Source: Geosiphon pyriformis uo1 (taxonomy: Eukaryota; Fungi; Glomeromycota). From it: a DNA stretch of 64,000 nucleotides. Position numbers and translations under genes: made by a program. Below, one piece after another: positions 25,075 to 37,692 of the stretch. Position 1 is the first letter of the stretch, and the number at the start of each line of letters is the position of its first letter. The stretch covers positions 727,483-791,482 of the forward strand of contig JAAOMT010000586.1 of assembly GCA_016748015.1 (NCBI GenBank). The letters are read 5' to 3'. The notes below the pieces were generated by a model. That model worked only from the letters and a program-made list of their open reading frames with translations, searched no databases and was not told the DNA's origin.

Positions 25075-28000
25075 TTATCCAACCCAAACTCGGGCATTTC
25101 TAAACATCCTGATCCATGGGCCATATTCACCCCAATTTTTTGAAGTATCTGATGGGTACCAGGAATTTGCTTCTTTGAATAAAACACGTTCTGGATGGGG
25201 CATCATGGCCAAGAATCTTCCATTAGGTGTTTTTACACCATTAATACCATTCGGACTTCCATTTGGATTCTGTGGATATCTTTCTGTCATATTCCCATAA
25301 CTGTCTATGAATTGCAAGACAACAAGATTTTGATGTGTTAATTCTTTTAATTGCTCCTCGGAAGAAAACTCTGCTCTGCCTTCTGCATGAGCAACTGATA
25401 TAGGTAATCTTGATCCTTCCATTCCAGCAAAAAATATTGAACTTTTAGTGTTATTCTCTTTACTATCACCATTGATCGTCGATATAACCTCCACCATACT
25501 GAACCTCGCTTCATATTGTTCGCTTTTGTTTCGTTTGAATAAGGGCCAATTTTCAGCCCCGGGAATCAGCACTTTAAGTTGGCTCAGAAATTGACAGCCA
25601 TTACACACACCAAGAGCAAAAGTGTCGGTTCGTTGTTGGAAGAAATGAGAAAATTCATTTCGCGCTTTTTTATGCAACAATATAGATTTAGCCCAGCCAA
25701 CTCCAGCCCCAAGCACATCGCCATATGAAAACCCACCACAGGCAGCTATTCCTTTAAAGTCGCGAAGCGTTATTGTCCCTGAAATTATATCAGACATGTG
25801 AACGTCAACAGCGGTAAACCCAGATAGATGAAATGCAAATGCCATTTCCATGTGTCCATTGACACCTTGTTCTCGCAAAATTGCTACTTTTGGCTTGTTT
25901 ACACTTGGTATTTGTAAGAATGGTAAAGTAATATCCTCTGCCGGATTAAAAGTTAAGTCATAATGTAAACCGGGATCATTTACATCTAAAATACGGTCAA
26001 ACTCTTCTTGCGCACAAACTTCATTGTCTCGTAAAGATTGCATATAAAAAGAAGTTTCTGACCAAACCCTTTGAAGATCAATGCGTGATTGGGTAAAAAT
26101 GATTTTGCCTTGCAATTTCAGAATTATAAATTGTTCATCGTTGATGACTTTTCCAATTTGATGAATATCTGATTGCGGGATTCCGCACCCAAAAAATATA
26201 TCCTTAACCTTTTTTAAATCTCGATCTCTTGTTTGAATTACTACACCTAACTCCTCGTTAAACAAAGCCTTCAAAATATCACCGTTTTCAATAAAGGTTG
26301 AAATATCTATGTCAATCCCAACATGGCCTGCAAAAGCCATTTCTGCAAGGGTTACGAGCAATCCTCCATCGGATCTATCATGATAAGCTAGAATAAGGTC
26401 ATCAGCCTCTTCTCTTACAATCTGAATCGCTTTGAAAAAAGCTTTTATTATGTTGACTTCTTCAATATCTGGAGCTTCATCACCAATTTGCTTGTATACT
26501 TGAGCTAGAGCTGATCCCCCTAGCCGTTGCTTTCCACCTGCTAAATCAAGAAACAGGATACTGGTATTTTCTCCTTTCTTGTTCCGTTTTAGCTGAGGAG
26601 TATAAGTTTTATGTATATTAATCACTGGTGCAAAACCAGTTATATTTAAACTTAATGGAGCAATGATTTCTGTTTGAATACCATTTTGGACCCATTTCAT
26701 TTTCATTGAAGTTGAATCTTTGCCCACTGGAATACTAATTCCCAATTTTGGACAAAGTTCCATAGCGATAGAGTGTACAGCTTCATAAAGATTTACTCCT
26801 TCACCCTTATGACTAGAAGCGCACATCCAATTTGCACTTAATTTGATATCAGAAATATCCTTGATGTTAGCAGCCGCGATATTTGTTATAGTTTCGGCAA
26901 CCGCCATACGCGCAGAAGCAGCGGGAGATATCAAGGCAATAAGTGGCCTTTCACCCATAGCAATCGCTTCACCCGTTATTATATTGGCCCCATATGAAGA
27001 AATTGTTACTCCTACATCAGCAACAGGAACTTGCCAAGGTCCAACCATTTGATCACGAGTTACGAGCCCAGTAACGCTTCGATCACCAATAGTAATTAGG
27101 AAGGATTTAGAGGCAACTCCCGGCAACCGTAAAACTCTGTATAAAGAGTTTTCTATAATCTCCGTTGAGGTTATACCTGGAACGTACTTTTTGAGACTAG
27201 TATCAAATGGAACGTGTCTTGGTCGGACACTTTTGATTGTGTGTGACAATTTTGGGATTTTCCCAAAAAGGATTGACATCGGGAGATTGATAGGAGTGGT
27301 ATTGAATAAAGCATCTTTCAATATCAGAACAGGTTCTTCGATTACAATTCCAACATCTGCAACAGGACATCTTTCTCTTGAACAAAGATTTATAAACTTT
27401 TCAATATTTTTTGATGCTACCGCGAGAACATATCTCTCTTGCGATTCATTACACCAAATCTCCATTGGTGACATACTAGGATCGTCATTTGGAATATTGC
27501 GCAACTGTATTATACAGCCCAAATTACTATCGTGCACAATTTCAGGCAAAGCATTCGATAATCCTCCAGCCCCCACATCATGAATTGACTCGATAGGATT
27601 GTTTTCTAGATTAGTGCATGCGTCAATTACCTGTTGACAGCGACGTTGCATTTCGGGATTTTCCCTTTGAACTGACGCAAAATCTAAATTAATAGAGCTA
27701 GCACCACTAGCCATGGAAGATGCTGCTCCGCCTCCAAGACCAATTAACATAGAAGGTCCTCCTAAGACAAAGAGATGGGCATTTATCGGGATTTTTTTTT
27801 TGAAAACGTGATTTGGTCTAATTGTACCTATACCGCCAGCTATCATGATTGGTTTATGATAGCCGCGAATTTCAGATGATTCGATTGATTTGAGGATTTT
27901 TTCGGAAAATGTTCGGAAATACCCAACAATTGTTGGCCGCCCAAATTCATTATTAAAAGCAGCACTTCCAAGTGGAGCTTGAATCATAATATCAAGGGCA

Positions 28001-29229
28001 GATGCGATATGGGATGGCTTTCCAAAATCTGTCTCCCAAGGCTGATGATGTCCAGGAATGAGAAGATTTGAAACGCTGAACCCAGCCAAACCAGCTTTTG
28101 GTTTGGATCCTTGCCCTACAGCTCCTTCATCACGTATTTCCCCTCCAGAGCCAGTCGCTGCGCCAGGAAAAGGGGAGACGGCAGTAGGGTGATTATGCGT
28201 TTCAACTTTTGCAACAAAATTAACTCTTTCGTGCATCAAGGTATATTCCCATTTCTTCTTTATATCTGGAGCAAACCTTGAAGTTTCAAATCCTTCTAGT
28301 ACCGCGGCATTATCAGAATATGCCGAAATAGTCCCCTCCGGATGTTTAGCGTGAGTATTACGAATCATATCAAATAACGAGTGTACCTTCTTTACATTAT
28401 CAATATTCCATTCAGCCTTGAAAATTTTATGTCGGCAATGCTCAGAATTCACTTGAGCAAACATAAATAACTCAACATCAGTTGGGCTTCTATTGAGGCA
28501 TGTGCCAGATAAATGATTTTGCAATGAGCTACCCACAAAGGCATTCACAAGGTATTCTATCTCGTCAGCGTCTAAGGCCAGTCCAAGTTTTAGATTTGCT
28601 TCAGAGAGATTTTTGCGTGCCATATCAAATGTAGAAGGGCCTTGTTTTTCATCTAAAAGCTTGACAATTTTTAAAGGGGAAGGCTTTCCATGTTTAAAAA
28701 TTGTTTCAGCCTTTGGTATATATGTCATAATGATTTGAGTCATGCGATCGTGGATAAAACTGGAAAAATTTTGCAGCGTTTCAGATTTAATAACGTCGTT
28801 AAACTTTGTTTCAATGAAATATGCAATGCCACGTTCGATTCTTTCAACCGTAGTCTCCAAATTGCACATGTGTGCAATGTTAGTTGCTTTTGAAGACCAA
28901 GGAGAGATTGTTCCAGGTCGAGGAATAACAAGAAAAAAATTTGGTTGATTTACGGAAGATGAACTAAGCATATTTTGAAATTTTACAAAGATATCTGCTT
29001 CCTGAATTTTCCCCAAGGTTGAACTGTAGGAAAGAATGCTCTCAAGGGTTTTGCGCTCAATGGAGTCCATATCCATCAGGGTCACGCCTGCTGTTACATC
29101 CCGTGGTTGAATAAAATATATGTATATTGCGGTGATTGACTTTATAGTTGGAACATTGCTCTGCACTTTAGCAAGAAGAACGTTCGCTTTGAAGTCCGAA
29201 TATGCGAAAGTTCCAGGCAAAAGTAGCAT
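25075..29229 (-). CDS. ADE6: phosphoribosylformylglycinamidine synthase (large PurL type), 1384 aa, intronless
   Basis: [52 protein letters not shown]; glutaminase GVCNGCQ and MMPHPER. Confidence 0.98.
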   Translation of the reverse strand: MLLLPGTFAYSDFKANVLLAKVQSNVPTIKSITAIYIYFIQPRDVTAGVTLMDMDSIERKTLESILSYSSTLGKIQEADIFVKFQNMLSSSSVNQPNFFLVIPRPGTISPWSSKATNIAHMCNLETTVERIERGIAYFIETKFNDVIKSETLQNFSSFIHDRMTQIIMTYIPKAETIFKHGKPSPLKIVKLLDEKQGPSTFDMARKNLSEANLKLGLALDADEIEYLVNAFVGSSLQNHLSGTCLNRSPTDVELFMFAQVNSEHCRHKIFKAEWNIDNVKKVHSLFDMIRNTHAKHPEGTISAYSDNAAVLEGFETSRFAPDIKKKWEYTLMHERVNFVAKVETHNHPTAVSPFPGAATGSGGEIRDEGAVGQGSKPKAGLAGFSVSNLLIPGHHQPWETDFGKPSHIASALDIMIQAPLGSAAFNNEFGRPTIVGYFRTFSEKILKSIESSEIRGYHKPIMIAGGIGTIRPNHVFKKKIPINAHLFVLGGPSMLIGLGGGAASSMASGASSINLDFASVQRENPEMQRRCQQVIDACTNLENNPIESIHDVGAGGLSNALPEIVHDSNLGCIIQLRNIPNDDPSMSPMEIWCNESQERYVLAVASKNIEKFINLCSRERCPVADVGIVIEEPVLILKDALFNTTPINLPMSILFGKIPKLSHTIKSVRPRHVPFDTSLKKYVPGITSTEIIENSLYRVLRLPGVASKSFLITIGDRSVTGLVTRDQMVGPWQVPVADVGVTISSYGANIITGEAIAMGERPLIALISPAASARMAVAETITNIAAANIKDISDIKLSANWMCASSHKGEGVNLYEAVHSIAMELCPKLGISIPVGKDSTSMKMKWVQNGIQTEIIAPLSLNITGFAPVINIHKTYTPQLKRNKKGENTSILFLDLAGGKQRLGGSALAQVYKQIGDEAPDIEEVNIIKAFFKAIQIVREEADDLILAYHDRSDGGLLVTLAEMAFAGHVGIDIDISTFIENGDILKALFNEELGVVIQTRDRDLKKVKDIFFGCGIPQSDIHQIGKVINDEQFIILKLQGKIIFTQSRIDLQRVWSETSFYMQSLRDNEVCAQEEFDRILDVNDPGLHYDLTFNPAEDITLPFLQIPSVNKPKVAILREQGVNGHMEMAFAFHLSGFTAVDVHMSDIISGTITLRDFKGIAACGGFSYGDVLGAGVGWAKSILLHKKARNEFSHFFQQRTDTFALGVCNGCQFLSQLKVLIPGAENWPLFKRNKSEQYEARFSMVEVISTINGDSKENNTKSSIFFAGMEGSRLPISVAHAEGRAEFSSEEQLKELTHQNLVVLQFIDSYGNMTERYPQNPNGSPNGINGVKTPNGRFLAMMPHPERVLFKEANSWYPSDTSKNWGEYGPWIRMFRNARVWVG

Positions 29230-29485
29230 TTTACCAAAAAAATTCGTGATGATCGTGACTCAGATTAGCAAAACCATAATATCTAATCTTTTGATAATCA
29301 GCAAGATTATCTACTGTGACGATTCTGTGACGGCTCATGGCTTGTAAATCTTGAAAATCTTAAAAATCTTAAAACTGAAAATTTTCTGAATTAAAATGAG
29401 TTTCGTCGAAGACGGTCCACTTTGAGTTCCTTTCAATTCTTAGTTGGATTAAAAATCTTGCCATTGGAAACGTAATCGTTATAGA
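29230..29485. promoter_or_regulatory. 256-bp bidirectional promoter region between ADE6 and MTHFR
   Basis: Divergent ATGs at 29229 and 29486; TGACTCA at 29256-29262; CTGTGACG twice (~29314-29332); AAATCTT repeats (~29346-29370). Confidence 0.7.
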
Positions 29486-31974
29486 ATGAAGGTGAGTAAA
29501 AAGGTTCAGAAAGCTATGGAAGAGGGCCGGCCATTCTGGTCTTTTGAATATTTTCCCCCCAAGACACAGCAGGTAAATATGATCTTTCTATCTTATATAA
29601 AATGAGCACGATGTCTCATTCGATTACGTTCTTGAACTTTAAACTGTTAGGGCGTGCAAAATCTTTATGATCGAATGCAGCGAATGTATCGTCTCGGACC
29701 AGAATTTATCGACATCACCTGGAACGCTGGCGGCTCCTCCTCACAATTGACTGCCGAAATTACTGCCACAGCTCAATCTGTATACGGTTTAGAAACTGTT
29801 ATGCATCTCACATGTACCAATATGCCTAAAGAAAAAATTGTTAAAGCTCTAGAGGTAATAATTAAAAGTAACAACATCAAAAATTGGGATCAAGCTGGGT
29901 TGTTCCATCACTTTCCAGAACCGTGATATATTTCTCTTCAAAATAACTTTTTACAAAGTATCGAATTCACAATCACTAAATATTCATTTCCTTAATAAAA
30001 GGATGCCAAAGCTGCCGGATGTCAAAATATTCTTGCCCTTCGTGGTGATCCTCCGCGTGGTCAAGACCATTGGGAGGCATGCGAAAATGGATTTTGTCAT
30101 GCAGTCGATCTTGTTCGATATATTCGAGAAAAGTATGATGATTATTTCGGAATCTCTGTTGCAGGTTATCCTGAAGGACATATTGATAATCCTGACAAAG
30201 ATGACGACTTACGGAGGCTGAAAGAAAAAGTCGATGCTGGAGCCGATTTTATTGTTACACAATTGTTTTACGATGTGGATTTATTCTTAGACTGGGTGAA
30301 GAAATGTCGCGCTATTGGCATCACCTGTCCAATTCTTCCCGGACTTTTGCCAATTCAAAACTATGCGGGCTTTAAGAGAATAATTACTCTCTCAAAGACA
30401 ACTGTTCCTCAATTTGTTATGGATGAACTAAACCCTATTAAAGATGATGATGCTGCTGTAAAAGAATACGGTATAAAGCTCGCTATTATGATGATTCAGA
30501 AAATGTATTCCAATGGGATCAAGGGCTTTCATTTCTATACTATGAATTTGGAAAGATCCACTCGTATAATCTTGGAGAAATTGCAATTCGTTGCTCCCAT
30601 GGAAAATGCCAAGCCTTTACCTTGGTCTCCAGTAAGCCTTCTTAAAAGATTCTATCTCTTATAATCGCTTTAAATCAATTGCGGTGGTCTCAATTAGTCA
30701 TTCTTCACTCAATTCTGCCGCCACTCACAGTCTCTTTCTATCAAACGTAAGAAAGAGAATGTGCGCCCCATCTTTTGGAGAAACCGAACAAAGAGCTATA
30801 TTCAGCGTACCGAAGCTTGGGATGAATTTCCCAATGGCCGGTGGGGTGATTCACGCTCCCCAGGTAAAATATTAGAGGCTATTTTTCCCTTATTTGGTTT
30901 CAATTACTGCGGCAACTTATACTCAAAAATTAAAATTTTAGCCTTTGGCGAACTTGACGGTTACGGAGTTTCGCTCAAGCACACGGTATTGATTTTTTGA
31001 AGCAGATCCATTTCTTTGAACAGAAAAAATAAGCAATTGACTAATCTCTTTAATTGCCTTAGCTGGAAGAGGCGATTGAACTCTGGGGACATCCGCAATC
31101 ATTAAATGATATTATTGAGCTTTTTGTAAAATATTGTCGAGGGGAAATCAATTCACTTCCATGGTCTGATCAGTCTCTTGCTGAAGAAACCTCTGTAATA
31201 AAGGATCGTTTAGCCCATATTAATTCCTTAGGCTATCTTACCATTAACTCTCAGCCTGCTGTCAATGGCGTTCGCAGTGATAATAAAATGTTTGGATGGG
31301 GCCCTAAGAACGGATACGTCTATCAAAAGGTTATGTGTACTGCTGAGAACTTTTTAAAGGTCTTCCGTGACGACTTTTCAAAAATTGACAGAGTTTGATC
31401 TCTTTAGGCGTATATAGAAGTCTTTGTTCCCCCATCTAAACTTGATATTCTTGTTGCAAAAATTGAACGCGACCCTAACATCACATACTATGCTGTGAAC
31501 AAGCAGGTAGGTGTTTTTTTATATTTACTGATTAGTTCGAACAAAAATGATGAAGCATTCTTATAAATTCAGGGAGATCTAAAAACGAATACCCAAAGTG
31601 ACGGCCCTAATGCTGTTACATGGGGCGTTTTTCCTGGAAAGGAAATTATCCAGCCAACGATCGTTGAAGCCGTGAGCTTCATGGCCTGGAAGGTATTGAA
31701 ATTGTTATGTTCACTTTTCAGATAATTCAGTTCATAATAAGCTGTGGAAATAATTAAACATCTATTATTCTGATCATGTTAGGATGAGGCATTTGAATTA
31801 TGGAATGAATGGGCTAGAATTTACGAGGCCCAATCGATTTCGGCGAAACTAATATCTTCTATCGCAGACAACTGGTATCTTATCAACATTGTGCACAACG
31901 ACTTTCACGACAATGATGGAATATTTCAAATATTTCAATCTAATGTGAACGGGCAAGCAAATGGCATTTATTAA
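29486..31974 (+). CDS. MET13: methylenetetrahydrofolate reductase, 9 exons, ~591 aa
   Basis: Exons 29486-29572, 29651-29854, 30002-30631, 30731-30863, 30942-30985, 31063-31329, 31408-31506, 31573-31692, 31783-31974 join to 1776 nt. Motifs [74 protein letters not shown]13 versus MET12 assignment is by recalled similarity. Confidence 0.95.
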
Positions 31975-32614
31975 TGGCCCAAGAATTTCTCAATGGCAGG
32001 ATTTGAAGAGGCGCTTGGAAACTTTGTATATAGTATATCAGGAATTTCAAATATTCCTTGATTAACTTTTATCGTCTTTGGGTATTAGAAAAACGGTTTG
32101 TACTATGGATAGAACCAAACACTCCCGATGCCGTTCTTTCCAATACGAGGAACGTGCCTTTAATTAGATGGGACGGAATCTCCATTACCTTTTATATAAC
32201 TATAATTTTATTTTATCAACTAAAATATTTATTGAATATTAAATCTTAGGCTACTTTTATCCCTCTCCCGTTCTTAAGCTAGAATATATTTAACTTCACA
32301 TAAGATATCTTTATTCTTATCAAAGAAGTTATTACTGCCTCTATTTTTACCATCGAGAAATTTTCATTATTTGAGTAACTCTAATCTTTCTAGAAAACTG
32401 GAAAAAGTGAACAGTGAAATTTAAGTCTGTTGACTTATTCTTATTGCTCACATAAATCTGCTTGAAAGTGGTAATTAATTTTGAATAACAACTTTTTTGT
32501 ATAATATTATTTATGTATTATTCGTACAACCTAATTATCATAAATTAGAAGTGGATCGCCCACCCTTATTTTATGCATAAAAATAAAATAAAAATTTTAT
32601 ATGTTGATTTTATT

Positions 32615-33250
32615 TTTCATTTATGTTTTAACAAAGTGTAGCCCAATCACTATTTAATACAATACAACAGAGTGTGTTCTAAATTAGATGTTTTTTACAT
32701 GTGATTAGCCATTTAAGCCAGTTTAGACTATTCTAAGTTGAATTTATAAAAGTAAACTTATTCAAAGCAAATATCTTATGTATAATTACAAAGCAGCAAT
32801 ATTATTTACATTAAACTTAATATAAAAAGCTTAAAGCTCTTAAAATATTATTAAATTCAGAATTTTTGTTAATTATATTATTATTATTATTATTTATATT
32901 ATATTTCTTTTTAAAACTTATTATTTTTTTGGTTAAATAATTAATTATTTTTTTAAAAATATTAATATTTTTATTAACAGCCAAAACTTTTTTTTTATAT
33001 TAGCATCCAAAAAAAAATTTAATTAAATTTATAATTAAAAAATTAAAGCATTAATAAATTTAATAATATACTTAATTTAAATTTTAGTAGAGTCAACCAC
33101 AAACAATTATAATAATAACAAAAACAGTTAAAAAAACAAAAATTATTATATCAGATTTAATACTATAAAACAAAACTTAAAAATTTTAGAATTAACTATA
33201 AATTTAAACAAAAACTTTAAAAAATTTTTGTAGTTTATAATTAAATAATT
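32615..33250 (-). mobile_element. 3' part of an ORF1-only LINE-derived element, heavily decayed
   Basis: Reverse complement has AGTCTAAACTGGCTTAAATGGCTAATCACATG directly after an ORF end (...KIFALNKFTFINST*) homologous to 35700-35800. Inner boundary approximate. Confidence 0.65.
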
Positions 33251-33299
33251 TTAATTTTAATATTTAAAATAATATTAACAACTAATAATTTTTTATTAA

Positions 33300-35900
33300 A
33301 TATAACTTTTTCTTAAAATATTAATTTTAATAATTATAGTATTTAAATTTTTTTAAAAACTAAAAATAAAAATAATATATCTTAATTATTAAATAGAATT
33401 AAAAATTAAAAAACAAAACAAACATAATTAAAAACCTAAAAAATTAAAAAATTAAAAATTTTTACAATTAATATTAAAAATATGTAATATTTAAAACTTT
33501 ATTTTTAGAAAATTATAAAAAAACTATAATTAAAATAGTTTTATTAATTAAAAATATTATTATAAAGAAAATATTTTTAAATAATATAATTGTTTTTTTT
33601 ATTGTATTTATAAGTATATATAATTTTTTATCTTCTTAATTTTATGACCATGATTAAAACAAAAAGTAAAAAAACTGTAACTGTTACTTTTTTTATAATA
33701 ACTAATAAAGTTTCAATATAAAAAAGTTTTTCTGTTATTAAAGCAGCTAAACATAATGTCTTGGCTATATTTTTTTTAGATATTAATAATAAAAAACTGT
33801 CTTTAGTGACCACTAAAAAATTTTTTTTATCTTTGACTAGTTTTTTACCAATTAAAATTTTTTTAAAGAAACACACTTAAATTAGTTCTAATATTGCTTT
33901 TATCCTTTTTAAAAGTTTTAAGGTTTTTAATAGCAGACCAGTTAACAAACTGGTCTTTTCTATTATAGCTTTTATACTTAGTACTGCTAGTATCATTTTT
34001 TCAAACAAATTAGTTAAAAGAACAAAAGTTTCAAAAAAGTGGGAGCAGTTGCTTGCTTCTGTTATTGTTATACAAAACTTTTTTGTGATTCTAACTAAAA
34101 TTTTAGGTAAGATTTTTGCTATATTATCTGGCATATTATTCAAGATAAACCAAAATCAACCACTGGCTGTATTGTTAAATGTGATGTTTTTCAACAGATT
34201 TTTGCTAATTTTAGAAGCAAAGCAATCATCTTCTATTAAATTACTTGTTTTTAGAAACTGGGCTAATCAAATAAAAACTAAATTATTTTTTCTGGTTTTT
34301 GGTATTACTACTAGTGGTCCTTGAGAAATTATTATTAATCATTAAAAGTTTACTAAGTAGGTGGCCTCTACTTTAGTATCTGGTAATACTTTTAAGATCA
34401 AATTGGCTTATATTAAGGTTGTTTTTTGGTCTGTACATAGTTTTTTGAGTGTAAAGTCAGTGTTAAAAGATAATATAAAGCTATTTTGTATGGAGTTTGC
34501 TTTCTAAAGTTCTTTAAATATTGCATTTCTAGTTGAGCTTACAAGTTTTATTTGTTTTGTTACTCTTAAAATTGCCAAGTTTTTGGTGGTTTCTGAATTT
34601 GGTTTCTTTTCTGCTGCTATTATGTTATGTAATATGCTTTTAGATGTATTTGCTGCTGATATTAAATCAGCTTTTGGTGTTTTCAGTGAAGTTTTTTGTG
34701 TTGTATTAAAGTCTACTGGTGTTTGGCAATATGTAGTTGTTTGTTTTAATAAATTAAATACTGCTGTATTTGTTCTCAATTATTGATTAGTGTTGGTGAA
34801 CAAAGATAGTGTTTGGATTTTTTTTTTGTAAATCAAAAAGAAATCATTCTGTCTCATAATAGGTTTAAGGCCAAGTTGATTAATCTTTTTTCTGATTGTA
34901 CTGTTTTTGAGATTAGTAATATGATTTTTTAAGTTGGTGGTCAAACTTGTTTTATTTTTCATTTATCTAATTCTGATCATTGTTTTCAGTTTGCTCTAAT
35001 TATATTTAGCTCTTAAGTTTATTTGGATTCTGCAGTTATCAAGATTAATACACTAAAAAAGTGCTGTTTTTAGTGAGAAATTCTTAGTTGTTAGCACTGT
35101 TTTAGATGCTAAAAGATGGACTATCTGGCTGCAAACTGTACAGTTTTTTCACATTCTCTTTTTATGGCTCCCAAAATATTTAAATTATATTTTGCAGATG
35201 GTATTTTTTATGTTAAAATCTCTACTTATTCAGATTTTTCTGAGTTTTTTTCTTTGATAGCTTTTGCTTTTTCTTCTGTGATTGTTAGTAATTTTCTGTT
35301 TTTCTTTTGACTGGTGTCTTTGGAATCTAATTTGGTTAAGTTGTTAGCTTTGGTTGAATCAATTGTTATATCTATTGGTGTATTGGTTAGTATATTTGAA
35401 TATTTCATTAAGAATAATTTTATTTTAAACAATATTTTTAGTTTAAGGATCAATGAACTTATGATTCATTTGAGTTTTTTTAGCAAAATAGTTAGTAAGT
35501 TGGAAAAAAAAGTGGTTTCTTTAAAAAAAAAGTGCTGCATAAATAATGTTAATATGTCTGGTAATTTGAAGTATTCAATTAACATAAATGATGATATGTT
35601 TTCTAACTTAATATTTTTTTAGACACATGACTCTGTTAGTATTAAAACTAATTTTTTAAAAACAGCCAAATAGCTGGTTAAATTGGTCTTTTGTAGTATT
35701 ACTTTGTTTGAAATTATTCAAAAGATGTTATTTTTAGATAAGTTTTTTTCTGTTATATTAACTTAACATAGTCTAAACTGGCTTAAATAGCTAATTATAT
35801 ATAAAAAGTACATAAATTATATTTAGCATTAGAATATTTAGTTTGTTTCTAATTTCTAGATAGTGGTTGAATCTTGTTTATTAAATCTAATAAAAAAATA
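33300..35900 (+). mobile_element. ORF1-only LINE-derived element (HAL1-like architecture), decayed
   Basis: RRM-like segments (34380-34960), decayed knuckle (HCFRC*KMDYLAANC ~35095-35140) and coiled coil (LESNLVKLLALVE). The ORF stops at ~35766 and the LINE-type 3' UTR and A-tail follow immediately, with no ORF2. Confidence 0.7.
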
Positions 35901-35914
35901 ATAATTTATAAATA

Positions 35915-37692
35915 TAGTTTAACTATTATTTAAAGATATACAATTCTAAATTAAGTATAACTTATGTTTTTTTTATATGTGACTAATCACTTAAAACAAT
36001 TAAGACAATATTATACATCTAAATTATTATATACAAAAAAATCTTACAAGAAACCAAAATATATTTTAAACAAACATAAATATAATTTAAAGCAAACATA
36101 TATATCTAACTTAATATCAAAATTGTAAATTGTCTTAGAAAATTATAAGAATAACAAACCAAAAATCAATAAGATAGAAGATTTATTTTTGACCAAAAAG
36201 TTATGTTTTTTGTAATGTGTTTTTAGCTTAACAATTGATAATTACATGACAGATTTGTAACTTTTAATAAATTTATATATCAACTTAACAACCAAAATAT
36301 TACTATTAGATTTAATGTACAACAAATATATTATCTTAGTTATTTACTTTTTTATTACAAAACTTTTAGCCAGTAATATATACAAGTAATTAGAAAACCC
36401 AGTTTTATATAAAGATTGAATTATTTTATAATTAGCAGCAGAAACACTTAATAATTTAATCTATTTTTAAATAATATTAAAAATCAGTTTTTTTTGGTTT
36501 AATTATTATAAATGCAAAAAACATATAATCAGAATTTTCAATTATTTCACATTAGATATAAACCATATTAAAGTAACTTAAATTATATAATTTTTTTTTT
36601 TTGATCATAAACAAACAATAATATAGAGTTTTTATAAAATAAAACCAAAACACTATAAACAATAAACTCATAAAGCCAAAGTAAACTTAACTGTTAGAAT
36701 GTTATATATTAAAAGTTTTTTATATGTCAAAAAAATTACAAAAATTCATATATATAATACTATTAGCATATTTAAATTATTAACCTACAAAATTAACAGT
36801 ATTAAACAACTTTCTAACAAAATAACAAATGTTTTCAAAAACAAATCTGTTTTTAATATTAAAAAAACAGCAAAATATTTGAACAAACAGTGTAAACTTA
36901 GACATAGTAGCAACATTAACAAAAAAATTAGTATGTTTATTATTAATAATATTAGAATGATCTTTAATTTTTTTTTACATAATTAACAAATTTTTTGCTA
37001 TAATAATACAGCAAATATGTTTTTTTTTCAATTTAGCATTTATTATGAAAATTGGAACCAATATTTTTTATGTTAAAAATATACACATCCAATAAATCTT
37101 AATTGTTTATAAATAATATAACCAAACTAAAAACTGACATGTATTTAAAAATAAAAGTAATAGTTTGTAGTTTTATCAAAATTGAAAAGAGCAAACCAAG
37201 TATTTTAATTTCAATATTTACATTAATATCTAAAAAATAAATGACAACACCTCCACAAGTACTTACCAAATCCAAACACTTAACAAATTTATTTATATAA
37301 TTATTTATATTACTTAATTTAGACTTTAGTAAATACTTACTAGTGTAACCAAAATCACAAAGATAACCACAGAAAAAAAGACAAAAAGCCAAAATGTTAA
37401 TATTAATTAAATTATTATCTTTAATAAATTTGGTTAGTATACTAAACCAACTAAAAATTAGGCTTTTAAAATCCAGTTTTTTTTATTTGTAAAACATGTT
37501 TTATATGAAACATGTATTATGTTAGTTTAAAAACTAGTTTACAAAAATAATTCCAAATCTTTTTAGAAATTTCATTACACTTATATAGTGTTTTAAGCCC
37601 AAAATATTTACAATAACAATATTATTATTAACTTAAAAAATGTTAAGTAGATTGTTATTTAATAATAAGTTATGTAATATAAAAGTATATAT
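35915..37692 (-). mobile_element. 3' part of a decayed LINE (RNase H region, C-terminus, 3' UTR), interrupted by an LTR at 37693
   Basis: ORF 37099-37392 aligns by eye with the RNase H of the 14.5-21.1 kb LINE (GLLFSILIKLQTITFIFK vs SLVSSTMAKLQTITLILK); 3' UTR motif GATTAGTCACATAT at ~35975-35990. Confidence 0.7.

Noticed and set aside
26843-28948. Short ORFs antisense to or overlapping ADE6
   Set aside because: Shadow frames of a long coding sequence, with no motifs.
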